From the sequence record PV261925.1: a stretch of DNA of 64,000 bases, one strand, 5' to 3'. The number at the start of each line of letters is the position of its first letter. The first letter of the stretch is position 1. This document shows, piece after piece, positions 1-10,048 of this stretch. The notes beneath the pieces were generated by a model that made no database searches, was not told the origin of the DNA, and saw nothing but the letters and a program-made list of their open reading frames with translations. The position numbers and the translations under genes were made by a program.

Positions 1-9
1 CCCAAAAAA

Positions 10-180
10 TCAGGTAATAGGATTACCCAGTTTATCGTAGGTTGGTGGATTTAGACGACAATACTCATTAAATGTGATTTTCATCTCTTTGTACGTCAGA
101 CCACAATTATTTGCTGCTTCTGGTAAATTCCATTTTGCGGAAAATAACATTTCCATGGATTGTCGGGTTTCTGGTCTCAT
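10..180 (-). CDS. small conserved cyanophage hypothetical protein (56 aa, MRPETRQSMEMLFSAKWNLP...)
   Basis: Hand-translated ORF, ATG at 180, TGA at 10-12; below the ORF-track length cutoff. Confidence 0.65.
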   Translation of the reverse strand: MRPETRQSMEMLFSAKWNLPEAANNCGLTYKEMKITFNEYCRLNPPTYDKLGNPIT

Positions 181-181
181 A

Positions 182-253
182 TAAAAAAGTAATGGGCCCT
201 AAAATTTACTGGGATTTTTTTCTCGGCCTTTTGCAAATCAAAAGCCGATTTTG
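182..253. repeat. ~70 bp intergenic element, copy 1 (second copy at 17809-17880)
   Basis: Shares AAAAAAGTAAT(A)GGGC, GATTTTTTTC and AAATCAAA(A/G)GCCGATTTTG blocks with copy 2. Confidence 0.75.
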
Positions 254-462
254 ACTGGAGCTTCAGCATAAGCAACGATGTCCTCGTCAACTACCTTTTC
301 AATCAAGTCAAGAACACGGGAGAACTGGTCTTCGTCGTCACAGTCAACGGTTCGTTTGTTACCGACACTAGAGTAAAGATAGAACTTACTGAGGTGAGGG
401 TCAACCACGACCCGAGTCAGAAATTCGTCATCTTCATTCTTAAGAAAGGTGAAGTCAGACAT
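238..462 (-). CDS. hypothetical protein (74 aa, acidic)
   Basis: ORF track; preceded by a consensus sigma70-type promoter. Confidence 0.7.
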   Translation of the reverse strand: MSDFTFLKNEDDEFLTRVVVDPHLSKFYLYSSVGNKRTVDCDDEDQFSRVLDLIEKVVDEDIVAYAEAPVKIGF

Positions 463-485
463 AGTTGTTTGTTGATTACCTTAGT

Positions 486-514
486 AGTATAGGTCAGTCA
501 AGACCCCGTGTCAA
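486..514 (-). promoter_or_regulatory. sigma70-type early promoter
   Basis: TTGACA-N17-TATACT on the minus strand. Confidence 0.75.
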
Positions 515-530
515 GGGCAGAGTGCCAGTT

Positions 531-1592
531 CTAATATGGTCCACCAAAAGCAGGGTCTTGTAAGATTGTTATGGCCGCATTCAAGTCAGTAATTGAATTC
601 TGTACCTTTGAATTAGATTTCGATAATGCCCAGATATTTGATGCATATCCCTTCTTATATCCTTTGATAGTAGAAGAACTATTGGCGTAAGATGTGATAC
701 CTGTCCTCTGAGTTCCTATCTCTGTGATTTCAGAATCAATCTGTGTTTTTACTGCTGCACCAGAGACTGTGTTAAATGCGAATACTGTTCCTTTGACTGG
801 AATTACATCGTCACAATCAACAATGCTACCAATGACATTAGGAGAAAGTGAATTGGAATAGAATGTATTAGCAACACCCAGACCAGACATATTAGTAACA
901 AGGAGTTTTGCCTGATAATTCCTGAAGGGACTACCTACTGTTGTATTAGGTGGTTCCAAATCTGGATAGAAGGTGACAATTGTATTATCATTACGAATAC
1001 CACCAGTACCAACATAATTTACAAATGATGGACCATCACTATATGCAATACCAGGTTGTGCACCAAAATAAACTGTCTGACCAATACCAAAATTACCTGA
1101 CACATTTCTGACAAGAACACTAAGTGCCGTACCAACAGTTGCTGTTGCATTAACTGCAACAACACCAGTAGCACCTGAAAATGAACTTATTGCAGTTCCT
1201 GCTGAAATACTTTGAGAAACTGTGACCGCAACTCCTGTAAAGTTTAGATTGTGATAAACTTCTTTGGTAGTAAGAACAGTGTTGAACTGAGTTGTAACTG
1301 CGGTATCAGCGTCTCCAGATGTGGCGTAATATTTTGGATAAGTTACAAAGTTAGAATACTGTCCTAATGTGACAATATCATTCTTGTTTGTGTTGATGTC
1401 TGCCATCTTATTGATGACAACATTATCCATGACAGTACAAGGTTGTTTGAACTGTTCGTATCTAAAAGTATTGATACCCAGAGTAGTTTGACTACCATTC
1501 AACTGGAGTAATGTTGTCTTAGATTCAACCTGTGCATTTAACAATCCTACAACAGGTGTGTATCCCTCATAACTTGTAACTGCAAATCCCAT
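531..1592 (-). CDS. putative virion/baseplate structural protein (353 aa, T/S/G/V-rich)
   Basis: ORF track; translationally coupled in the gp5 operon; beta-rich composition. Confidence 0.55.
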   Translation of the reverse strand: MGFAVTSYEGYTPVVGLLNAQVESKTTLLQLNGSQTTLGINTFRYEQFKQPCTVMDNVVINKMADINTNKNDIVTLGQYSNFVTYPKYYATSGDADTAVTTQFNTVLTTKEVYHNLNFTGVAVTVSQSISAGTAISSFSGATGVVAVNATATVGTALSVLVRNVSGNFGIGQTVYFGAQPGIAYSDGPSFVNYVGTGGIRNDNTIVTFYPDLEPPNTTVGSPFRNYQAKLLVTNMSGLGVANTFYSNSLSPNVIGSIVDCDDVIPVKGTVFAFNTVSGAAVKTQIDSEITEIGTQRTGITSYANSSSTIKGYKKGYASNIWALSKSNSKVQNSITDLNAAITILQDPAFGGPY

Positions 1593-2434
1593 TACTTACC
1601 TCTCTTGTCGTAGTCGTATCCTGCAATAGAGAATCTACTATTGTCACCTGGATAATCTGCTGGACTATCACCTTTATATTCTACATGCAATTTCTCATCA
1701 TACTTTCTTGCTGCCCAGACTTGGTAGTAACATTCGATAGGACCACCAGCTCTATTTCTAATCTCAATCTTTTTACCCCAGTCAATAGAGTCAACATACA
1801 GTTCTTGATATGAACCAATAGGTGTTAATTGAACAGAAATACTCTCTGGGTCAACAAGACCATCCCAATAACTTGGACAGGTGATTGATGTTCCTTTCAG
1901 TTTACCTCTAATATAAATCGGTCCATCCTCAGGACCCTCAACACAAATGTGTCTGATTCTGTGTCCTTTTTTGGTTGGATGTTCAATATCAAATCCTTTA
2001 TCACTCAAAGGTACCTTATCTAACACTGCAGCAGCAACGTCACCGATACCTGCCAGGTCTAGAATACCATTCAGACCCACATCACCAGCAATATCAATAT
2101 TACCAAGAGTTTGCATGTCACCAACCATGTTGGCAAACTCAGTGAGTTCATTAAGGACAGGAATATTACCAAATGATGCTTCTTCTGTGACCTGTGCAGT
2201 TGACACAGAGTCTAGATGTTGACCCACATAATTTTCATATGTGTTCATCAAGAATGAACCAATATCTGTATTCTTGAATGCGGTGTCTTGGTTAATCAAT
2301 GTATGCCATAGACCCTCTTTGTCTGTAGCATCAAAATCAAAATCACCAGTAAAATACTGTGGTCCAGAAAATGTTCCAAAGTGTTTGAAAATAAACTTAT
2401 ATGGAACCTCTTTAATATTATAATTACCTAGCAT
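1592..2434 (-). CDS. baseplate/tail-associated protein with C-terminal HP..KG..(I/L).H.C.EGPE domain
   Basis: C-terminal domain paralogous to that of 2424-3101; gp5 operon context. Confidence 0.55.
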   Translation of the reverse strand: MLGNYNIKEVPYKFIFKHFGTFSGPQYFTGDFDFDATDKEGLWHTLINQDTAFKNTDIGSFLMNTYENYVGQHLDSVSTAQVTEEASFGNIPVLNELTEFANMVGDMQTLGNIDIAGDVGLNGILDLAGIGDVAAAVLDKVPLSDKGFDIEHPTKKGHRIRHICVEGPEDGPIYIRGKLKGTSITCPSYWDGLVDPESISVQLTPIGSYQELYVDSIDWGKKIEIRNRAGGPIECYYQVWAARKYDEKLHVEYKGDSPADYPGDNSRFSIAGYDYDKRGK

Positions 2435-3101
2435 TATTTTTTACCTCCGTTTTAAGTCTGGGAACATCTTTTCTTTCGGCACATACAAGATAATAACAAT
2501 CAATAGGGATACCAGGTCTTGACCCAAGAGTAATCTTATTATCCTGAATACGTTTTATGTATACACTCTGTTCACATCCAATAGGTGTGAGAGTTACAGT
2601 GATAGAGAGTTCTTCTACAAGGTCTCTCCATACTTCAGGTAGTACAATCTCGTCGTGATTTCTCAATCTACCACGATGATATACACCATTCTCTGGACCT
2701 TCTAGACAAGAGTGTACTAGATTGTATCCTTTCCTCTGTGGATGAGGAATAGAGAAGTTCTTTACTTTTGCAATGATAACCTCAGAGTAAATTATTTTTG
2801 CTCTGATGTTAGAAACTGTAAGTAGTTTGTCAACCTTCAAGAAACTTTTAATTCTTGCATAGGTTTTTGTAATCATTGCATAGAATGGAGGAGGAATCAT
2901 CTCCACATTCTCATTCTGACCCAACATGGTCGCACCCAATTCAAAAGGGTCGGGTTTATTGAATTCGGAAGGGTCACCAGTGATTTGTGGTCCTTCAATA
3001 TATGCAGAACCACGTACTTCTTTTGGTCCTCTACCTAAAATTTCAGGTTTACCAAGACCACAAAATAGTCTCTTGCCAACATTTATATCAGGTACCTTCA
3101 T
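2424..3101 (-). CDS. baseplate/tail-associated protein with C-terminal HP..KG..L.H.C.EGPE domain
   Basis: Paralogous C-terminal domain shared with 1592-2434. Confidence 0.55.
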   Translation of the reverse strand: MKVPDINVGKRLFCGLGKPEILGRGPKEVRGSAYIEGPQITGDPSEFNKPDPFELGATMLGQNENVEMIPPPFYAMITKTYARIKSFLKVDKLLTVSNIRAKIIYSEVIIAKVKNFSIPHPQRKGYNLVHSCLEGPENGVYHRGRLRNHDEIVLPEVWRDLVEELSITVTLTPIGCEQSVYIKRIQDNKITLGSRPGIPIDCYYLVCAERKDVPRLKTEVKNNAR

Positions 3102-3673
3102 TCTCTGTTTTGCTCCTCATTTTGAGAGATAGATTTTGATCCCTTCACACTTGTTGCACCATCTGCAACATCAACAAGACCACCATACATGTTAAGAATA
3201 CCTCTTCCGATAGTCTCTACAGTTTTCTCAGAGAATATCTTGGTAGATACTTTTGATGATACATCAATAGTCTGTGACTTAATAATAACTTTTTCGTTAC
3301 CATTAATATTTACTACACCATTTTCACCATCTGCACCTGATGCTACAAGGTCAATATTGATACCTTCAATCCTGACCCTTCCACTTGGTGCCTTGAGTAC
3401 CAAGTCACCACTAACTGCTTCAATGTATACTCCAGGATGGTCATCGTCTACATTGTCTCCTGCCCTTACCTGAAAACTACCAGGTGAACGACAGATGGTA
3501 CCATGTTTTCTATGTTTCTCACCCGTAGCATCAAGAGTTATGTAATGTTTTAAAGAGCCACCATTTCTCAACATAACAGCAGAGAGGACATTATCTTGAG
3601 TGATATGTCCAAACTGCAGTTCACCCTCTGCGGTACCATACCTAATAGTATGGTAATTTTTTAACTCTGCCAT
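3098..3673 (-). CDS. gp5 C-terminal-like beta-helix spike protein
   Basis: Directly downstream of gp5; alternating V/I-x-I/L beta-strand repeats (VYIEAVSGDLVLKAPSGRVRIEGINIDL). Confidence 0.5.
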   Translation of the reverse strand: MAELKNYHTIRYGTAEGELQFGHITQDNVLSAVMLRNGGSLKHYITLDATGEKHRKHGTICRSPGSFQVRAGDNVDDDHPGVYIEAVSGDLVLKAPSGRVRIEGINIDLVASGADGENGVVNINGNEKVIIKSQTIDVSSKVSTKIFSEKTVETIGRGILNMYGGLVDVADGATSVKGSKSISQNEEQNRE

Positions 3674-6048
3674 CAGAACTTACCTACACAGTCAATGACT
3701 CTAACAACCTTGTCTTGAGTTGTTGGTTGTTTGAGTTCATCAGAACCAACTCTATCTATACAAAGTTTTGGTCTTAATTGAGCATTATAACCTGTCTCTG
3801 ACCTAATGTAAAGTCTTGGGAACTCTGTGAATCCTTCACCTTGTTCAGTAACTTTAACAGAAATAACTCTACCCTGTTGATCAAACTTCGCCTCTGCCTT
3901 TGCACCAATGTCAGGTTCAATCACAACCTTATCTTCAAATGAATAGTTGATACCACTATTGTCAATGACAATCTCACAAAGATAAAGGATAACAGGATAA
4001 GAACCATTAGATTCTGATGGATAGTCACCTGAGACTCTATTATAATCTGGAAGTGGAGAAGTAAACTTACCTGGACGTTCAACTGTCACAGGATTACCAC
4101 CAATGATCTCTTCACCACCACCTTGATCACCTTCGATTGGTTCAGTAACTACAACAGTACCAGGTGGAATCGTAACTTCATCTCCTGGTCCAACAACAAT
4201 AATATTACCTGGTGGTTTAGGTACATCATAATCACCGTTTGGTTTCTTGACTATAGAATCATCTGGATCAGCCCATGTGTATTCGTTACCACCTTTACTA
4301 CCATCAGGAGCAGATAAGTAACCAGTGCCAGGATAAACAACTTCGATGTCTACAATACCACTTTGAATATTACCATCATCATCGGTATAGTCCTCAACAA
4401 TTGGTCTAATGACTGCACCTTTACCTTTACCGCACTGGTCTTTGACCTTTGCAAAACTTCTTTGTGGGTCGTAACCAAATCCAAAGCTCTTCATATCAAT
4501 ACCAAGAACTTCACCTGCAGTACCAATAATCAAGTTACCTGCAGCATTTGACCCCGAACCAAAGAACTCAGCAATTGGTGGTCCACATAAAAGTGGTCCA
4601 ATACCACAACCATCTACATTAAATGCATCACTGAAGTCATTGTTTAATAATCCTTCTACTCCACCTTGAGCATTTTGCAATGATGTCTCAAATCCTTTCG
4701 CAAAATTCTTTGACTTACCGATGATACTTTCTAAGTCTCCCTTAGCTAACTTACCAGCACCACTCAGAATGTTCCACTCATTAACTTCAGAACACTTAGG
4801 TTTCTCCTCACAAGTCAAGAATGAAAGAACATCTGTGATGGTTCCTACAATATCATCAACAATTGATTGTGCTTGACCAACCAATGAAGTAATAGAACCT
4901 AATGCTTGATTAAGTGTGTCCTGAACTTGTTTAATAATCTTACCAAGTGTGTTGCTTATCATATTCTCTGCGACACACTGTGCTGCGTTGATTACTTTCT
5001 TTGCAGCATCCTTGACAAAACTACCCATCTGTTCGAGTAAACCACCAATCAATTTTCTAAACAGACAAGCAATCAAATCATTAACATTATCTACAGCCTT
5101 CTTTAGTTCTGGTCTCTCGTTAGGGAACAATAAGAAGTAAGTCTTCTTCATACCCTTATTGACTGTGTTGATAACAAACTTTTGAACCTGAGTGAATATC
5201 CACTTCATGTTCTCAGCAATAAACTTTTGAGCCTTCTCAATCTGTTTATTGATTTGTTCTTGAATGTCACCGATATTATTCTTGACAGCAAGAGAGTATT
5301 TGTATTGTGACTTTTGAAGTTTCTGAATTTCTACAATAATATTCTGAAGTTGTTTTTGAATTCTACCTGTAGGGATTGGTTCACAATCTTCTGGTTCAGC
5401 AATGGGTTGACTTTGTTCCTCTGCTGCTACTTCAGATGCAGCATCCTTAATAGATGTTGATGCAGTTGCTGCTTCATTAACCTTTTCATTATTTTTAGGT
5501 CCTGTTAATTGTCCTTGTGCTTCTGTCTTACCTTCTCCATTACCCCCAGTTTGTTCTACAACCTGACCACCTTGTTCAACTCTCAGAGAGTAATATGAAG
5601 TGTTATCATTCTCTGTATAACCACTGAATGGAACAAACCTTGCCTTGGTTATGTTTTTACTGACAGCAGCATACTCATTGTTACCAAGGATACCCATAAT
5701 GACAGGCATCTGAGCATCCTCACCATCCATGAAGAAGCCAAAGACAAAATCACCCTGAGATATGTTTGCAGACTGAGAACCTGAACGCCCACCACCACCA
5801 GCCGTGACTGGATACATGACATATGCCCAAGGCAATTCATCATCAGGAATCTCATCGATGTTTGCAGTATGGTAACCCATAATGCGAACACGGTATCTCT
5901 CACCAAAACCCTTTATCTCTTCATTAGTACCAACAGGAATACCAGCCTTGTTGTCTTTCCATGAGGACTCAGGGGCAACCTGACCGATCCACCAAATGAA
6001 TCCGTCTCTACCTACGAAATATCTTTTAAAGAGTCCTTGTTCTATCAT
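3673..6048 (-). CDS. gp5: baseplate hub subunit gp5 (N-terminal OB-fold)
   Basis: FIWWIGQV...RYRVRIMGYHT...LPWAYVMYPVT...VFGFFMDGEDAQMPVIMG is the T4 gp5 OB-fold signature. Confidence 0.85.
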   Translation of the reverse strand: MIEQGLFKRYFVGRDGFIWWIGQVAPESSWKDNKAGIPVGTNEEIKGFGERYRVRIMGYHTANIDEIPDDELPWAYVMYPVTAGGGGRSGSQSANISQGDFVFGFFMDGEDAQMPVIMGILGNNEYAAVSKNITKARFVPFSGYTENDNTSYYSLRVEQGGQVVEQTGGNGEGKTEAQGQLTGPKNNEKVNEAATASTSIKDAASEVAAEEQSQPIAEPEDCEPIPTGRIQKQLQNIIVEIQKLQKSQYKYSLAVKNNIGDIQEQINKQIEKAQKFIAENMKWIFTQVQKFVINTVNKGMKKTYFLLFPNERPELKKAVDNVNDLIACLFRKLIGGLLEQMGSFVKDAAKKVINAAQCVAENMISNTLGKIIKQVQDTLNQALGSITSLVGQAQSIVDDIVGTITDVLSFLTCEEKPKCSEVNEWNILSGAGKLAKGDLESIIGKSKNFAKGFETSLQNAQGGVEGLLNNDFSDAFNVDGCGIGPLLCGPPIAEFFGSGSNAAGNLIIGTAGEVLGIDMKSFGFGYDPQRSFAKVKDQCGKGKGAVIRPIVEDYTDDDGNIQSGIVDIEVVYPGTGYLSAPDGSKGGNEYTWADPDDSIVKKPNGDYDVPKPPGNIIVVGPGDEVTIPPGTVVVTEPIEGDQGGGEEIIGGNPVTVERPGKFTSPLPDYNRVSGDYPSESNGSYPVILYLCEIVIDNSGINYSFEDKVVIEPDIGAKAEAKFDQQGRVISVKVTEQGEGFTEFPRLYIRSETGYNAQLRPKLCIDRVGSDELKQPTTQDKVVRVIDCVGKF

Positions 6049-7361
6049 TTAAATCCTGTTTTCTTACCAAATGAATCTCTAACCAGAGCTAATTTTGTAA
6101 AAGATTCTCGTGGTGTAATTCTATGACACACACTTGCTACCATATATATACCTCCTGTCTGAGGATTTGTATCCTTTGCTTGCTCTCCAGTTACCTCAGG
6201 AAATTCACACTGTACTACATCACCTGCCTTGATACTTAAGTCTGCTTCAAGAGTCACGTTAATCTTGACCGTGAACATCTGATTGTATCTCATCACAGAC
6301 TGAGCCATGGTGTTCTCAGCATCATAGTTAGGTGAGGATGGATTCTGTTTCCATTGTTCTAACTGGTCATTACCAGTACCGTTAGGCATTGCACCCACAT
6401 CAAACACATGACTCATCAAACGTGTAGGTGTTTCTGTAAATTCTTTTGCAACCAAATCACCAGCAAAATACTTACCTGCCTTACCCACATTGTCAGGTTT
6501 GTACTTGAATTCTTTTACATAATAATCCATAGCAAATGGATTGAAGTAGATTGCTCTACTATTATATGTACCAAGTGTCAGGTTCTGTTTAAGGTCAATG
6601 TCACTATCAATAGAATAACTTAATACATTTGCATCATTACCTTGACTTGTCTCACCAGTATTGTTAAAGATATATTTCTTGACTGGCTCTTGTTCGAATA
6701 ACTTATCGATTGACCTAAAATTCATACCATCTCTGGTTTGATAGAATAGAAAACCTGCCCTTGATCCTACATCTTTATCAGGTACAGCCTTTGATGCCAA
6801 CCATGTACATGTATAGAATGGTTTCCTATCACTACCAATGAAATTATAATTCAATGATGTGTTATCTACCTGTTCAATCTTAACATTATCACCAAGAGTA
6901 CCTAGGATCTCATTGACATGTTCAGAGATCTTACCTTCATATCTTTTCATTACTCTCTGTTGTTCATTCGCAAAGAATTCTTTCGATGCAAAGTCAACAA
7001 AGAATACATCCTTGGATGTACCAGGGTCAGCATCTCTCACTCTATTGACATAGAGACCTTGTAAAGATTGAAAGGAGAGTTTATTTTCTTTATTATCTTC
7101 AATAACAATGTCAGTTCTTTCACCACCTCTGATAGGTAGAGCATCGAGAACACCCTTAGATGCCTTGATACTACCACCATCACTCTCATATCCACTATCA
7201 ACTACCACTGCAGTTGCGGTAACATTATTAGATAACACACTCTCGTAGTATCTAAATTCAACCACACCACCAGATAAGTCAATCGCTTTATCGGATTGAT
7301 TAGAACTAATCTTAAATTTTTGAATGTTACCAGGAGATGCTGGTGCGTTTTGTGATGGCAT
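6045..7361 (-). CDS. baseplate hub protein (gp27/VgrG-N-like)
   Basis: Immediately upstream of gp5; FLFYQTRDGMNFRSIDKL and GIYMVASVCHRIT motifs typical of contractile-tail hub proteins. Confidence 0.6.
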   Translation of the reverse strand: MPSQNAPASPGNIQKFKISSNQSDKAIDLSGGVVEFRYYESVLSNNVTATAVVVDSGYESDGGSIKASKGVLDALPIRGGERTDIVIEDNKENKLSFQSLQGLYVNRVRDADPGTSKDVFFVDFASKEFFANEQQRVMKRYEGKISEHVNEILGTLGDNVKIEQVDNTSLNYNFIGSDRKPFYTCTWLASKAVPDKDVGSRAGFLFYQTRDGMNFRSIDKLFEQEPVKKYIFNNTGETSQGNDANVLSYSIDSDIDLKQNLTLGTYNSRAIYFNPFAMDYYVKEFKYKPDNVGKAGKYFAGDLVAKEFTETPTRLMSHVFDVGAMPNGTGNDQLEQWKQNPSSPNYDAENTMAQSVMRYNQMFTVKINVTLEADLSIKAGDVVQCEFPEVTGEQAKDTNPQTGGIYMVASVCHRITPRESFTKLALVRDSFGKKTGFK

Positions 7362-10045
7362 TATCCCTGTTTATATAAGAATCCCATAAGTTGAGACTTG
7401 TAATAACTATTTACTACGGCTGAAGTAGACACACTCATCATAGGTACACCACTCTGTCCACCTCCTCCTGATGGTTGTTGACCAGGAATAGGAATTGGTG
7501 TGATACTACCTTGACCATACATTTGATCGTAAGATCCACGTCTATTAATATTCCTCTCAGAACGTGCACCTTGTGTTGGCTGATTTGGTGACAATTGTGC
7601 ATTTATCTGAGGTGTCTGACCCTCTGGGTCATATCTTCCAATCTGCAGATACTTAACATAAGGCATAGGATCTTCATCCTGTCCATATCCTCCTGTTCCA
7701 ACTGGACTGACCTCAAAGTGTAAGTGTTCTCCAGTTCCTGCACCTGTATTTCCAATCTCACCAATTACCTGACCCGTATATTTCTCTCCTTTTTTTACTA
7801 GGATTTGTGCAAGGTGTGCAAATAAGAAGTCCTTATCACCTACTGTAATAATAACTGTTTTACCATATCCTTTGAAAGTTCCAACGTCTGATACAACACC
7901 ACCCAGTTTAAATGCAACATACCATCCCTTCTCTCCAGTGGTTCCAATATCAACACCAGCATGATGTTTCCATCTTCCTGATACAGGATTCAATCTATCA
8001 CCTCTTCCACTAGTCATACCAACAGAACCTTTCCCTCTTCCAATACCCTCAAAGTTAGTAGTAGGTACAATATTGGTTAAACCACCACGATTGGGAGTTG
8101 AAGGTTGTGTGAGTTGAGCTTGTGACACTCTTGAATCACCCTGCATGGCGTCTTGTGTTTGTTGCTGTTGTTCGGCAAGTTTTTGAGCCATCTGTTGTTC
8201 TCTAGTCAGAGTAGCACCAGCAGCCAGTGGACCAGGACTAGAACCTGCAGGTGCTGGTTCAATGGTGAAACCTCCACCAGTACCAAGATAATTCTTTGCA
8301 GCAACACTCAGGTCTAACATGTGATTGTCGGCATGTCCTGCAACACCAGGACCAACATCATTGACTCTAATAATAGCTTGTTTACCGTCTTTGTTTGTAA
8401 CCTTTAAGAGGAATGGTCTTTTAATAGTTCTTCCAATGCCACCCCAATTAGGATTGGATGTTGGTTGAGTCATACTTCTCGGCAACATGGAGATGAGAGG
8501 TGGGAATGCTGCAGCAGAGAATACTTCAGGTCTATATCCTTCACCTGTTGATGTTGCAGGTAGACCATCAGCAGTTTTATGTCCACTGGCATTGATACCA
8601 CCAAGTGATGGATCATAATATGTTGTCTTTGCTCCTTCAACAAAAAGTTGTCCTATTGAACCAACTGGACCAGTACCAAGTCTTCCTGCTGCAGTGGTTT
8701 GTTGTTCTTGTTCTCTTATCTTTTGTTGTTTCTGTTCCTCAGTAATTGGAGGAGTTCCAGGACCCACCTTATCTTTAGGATCAACAGGTGGAACGAGACC
8801 CATCTTCTCTTTAATCAATTCATATAAAGCTTTACCTGCCCAGTCACCAATCATACCACCCAGAATAGCACCAGCAGCTGTACCTGCAAAAGGAAATACA
8901 GCAGAACCAATACCACCACCAATCCATGCACCGATACCACCACCAATTGCTCCGACTATAGCTCTGTCAAGTGGTTCACCCAGTAACATATCAATAAAGA
9001 CACTGATAAGTCCACCAACAACAGGAACTCTCTTAAATACTTTTCCAATTTTTAAAAGTCTCTCTGCACCTTTGCCCATCACATTTTTGGCAGTGGTTTT
9101 AGATCCTTGTTGTAGTGCAGCCTTTGGTGTAGTTTTTGATAAGGACTTTGATGCCTGAGTTGCTACAGGCGGAACATTCTTTGCAACTTGTTTGGTGACA
9201 CCCTTCGTACCTTGACCAGTTATCTGACCTGTGATCTTCTTTGCAAAATTAACAATTCCCTGACCAACAGAACCAAAAGTTTTCTTTGCAAGAGGAAGGA
9301 CTTGACCCATCTTCTTGGTCAGAACTTGACCACCCTTACTCAAACCCTTCCAAGTGGTTTTGAATATACCTTTGATAGGTCCAGCGAATACTGAGGAAAT
9401 TCCTGTAATGACACCCTTTAACATTTTAAAGGGATTTTGGAAGTTTTGACCCAGGGTGGTAAATAAATTCTCAATGGTTTCATAATTATTGAGGAGGAAT
9501 GCTACCAAACCTCCCATTGCTACGTTAGTTAAGAAATCAAAGATACCAAAGTTCTTACCAATCTTTTTACCGACTGATAAGATACCACCTCCACCTTTCT
9601 TTTTCTCTAACTCATCTTCCTTTTTTCTAGCCTTCTCAATTCGTTGTTTATCTCTTAATTCCCTATTAGCTTCTTTCTTTGCTTTACTCTCAGCCTCACT
9701 CACCTTAACAAGAGTTGAGGTTGTATTATTAATGTTGTCAAGTTGTTTACTGATAGACTCAAACGATGTCTTACCAGATGTTTGTGTTGATCGATCAGAT
9801 TGATTTGGTTTATAGACAGACTTTGGTAACTTGATCGTCTTTATCTTCTTTGTCTTGGGAGTCGATACCTTTTCAGATACTTGTCTTCCAACGTCTTGAG
9901 TCTTCTTTGTTGCGGTCTGTTTTGCCTTATCCTTTGCCTTACCTTTGACAAACTTCTTGGCACCACTCATGACAGCCTTCTTGGCACCACCTTTGGCGGC
10001 ACCAGCCAACAAACCTTTTGCTCCTGCTAGTAAGGGTAATGCCAT
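7361..10045 (-). CDS. large virion protein (tape-measure-like) with RlpA-like DPBB and M23 peptidase domains
   Basis: TTYYDP...IIRVNDVGP...MLDLS (DPBB); HHAGVDIG...FAHL...GNTG..TGEHLHFEV (M23); G/A-rich hydrophobic middle segment. Confidence 0.75.
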   Translation of the reverse strand: MALPLLAGAKGLLAGAAKGGAKKAVMSGAKKFVKGKAKDKAKQTATKKTQDVGRQVSEKVSTPKTKKIKTIKLPKSVYKPNQSDRSTQTSGKTSFESISKQLDNINNTTSTLVKVSEAESKAKKEANRELRDKQRIEKARKKEDELEKKKGGGGILSVGKKIGKNFGIFDFLTNVAMGGLVAFLLNNYETIENLFTTLGQNFQNPFKMLKGVITGISSVFAGPIKGIFKTTWKGLSKGGQVLTKKMGQVLPLAKKTFGSVGQGIVNFAKKITGQITGQGTKGVTKQVAKNVPPVATQASKSLSKTTPKAALQQGSKTTAKNVMGKGAERLLKIGKVFKRVPVVGGLISVFIDMLLGEPLDRAIVGAIGGGIGAWIGGGIGSAVFPFAGTAAGAILGGMIGDWAGKALYELIKEKMGLVPPVDPKDKVGPGTPPITEEQKQQKIREQEQQTTAAGRLGTGPVGSIGQLFVEGAKTTYYDPSLGGINASGHKTADGLPATSTGEGYRPEVFSAAAFPPLISMLPRSMTQPTSNPNWGGIGRTIKRPFLLKVTNKDGKQAIIRVNDVGPGVAGHADNHMLDLSVAAKNYLGTGGGFTIEPAPAGSSPGPLAAGATLTREQQMAQKLAEQQQQTQDAMQGDSRVSQAQLTQPSTPNRGGLTNIVPTTNFEGIGRGKGSVGMTSGRGDRLNPVSGRWKHHAGVDIGTTGEKGWYVAFKLGGVVSDVGTFKGYGKTVIITVGDKDFLFAHLAQILVKKGEKYTGQVIGEIGNTGAGTGEHLHFEVSPVGTGGYGQDEDPMPYVKYLQIGRYDPEGQTPQINAQLSPNQPTQGARSERNINRRGSYDQMYGQGSITPIPIPGQQPSGGGGQSGVPMMSVSTSAVVNSYYKSQLMGFLYKQG

Positions 10046-10048
10046 GTC

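Noticed and set aside
8694-9803. Plus-strand ORFs antisense to the 894-aa virion protein
   Set aside because: Mirror translations of low-complexity G/A/K-rich coding sequence
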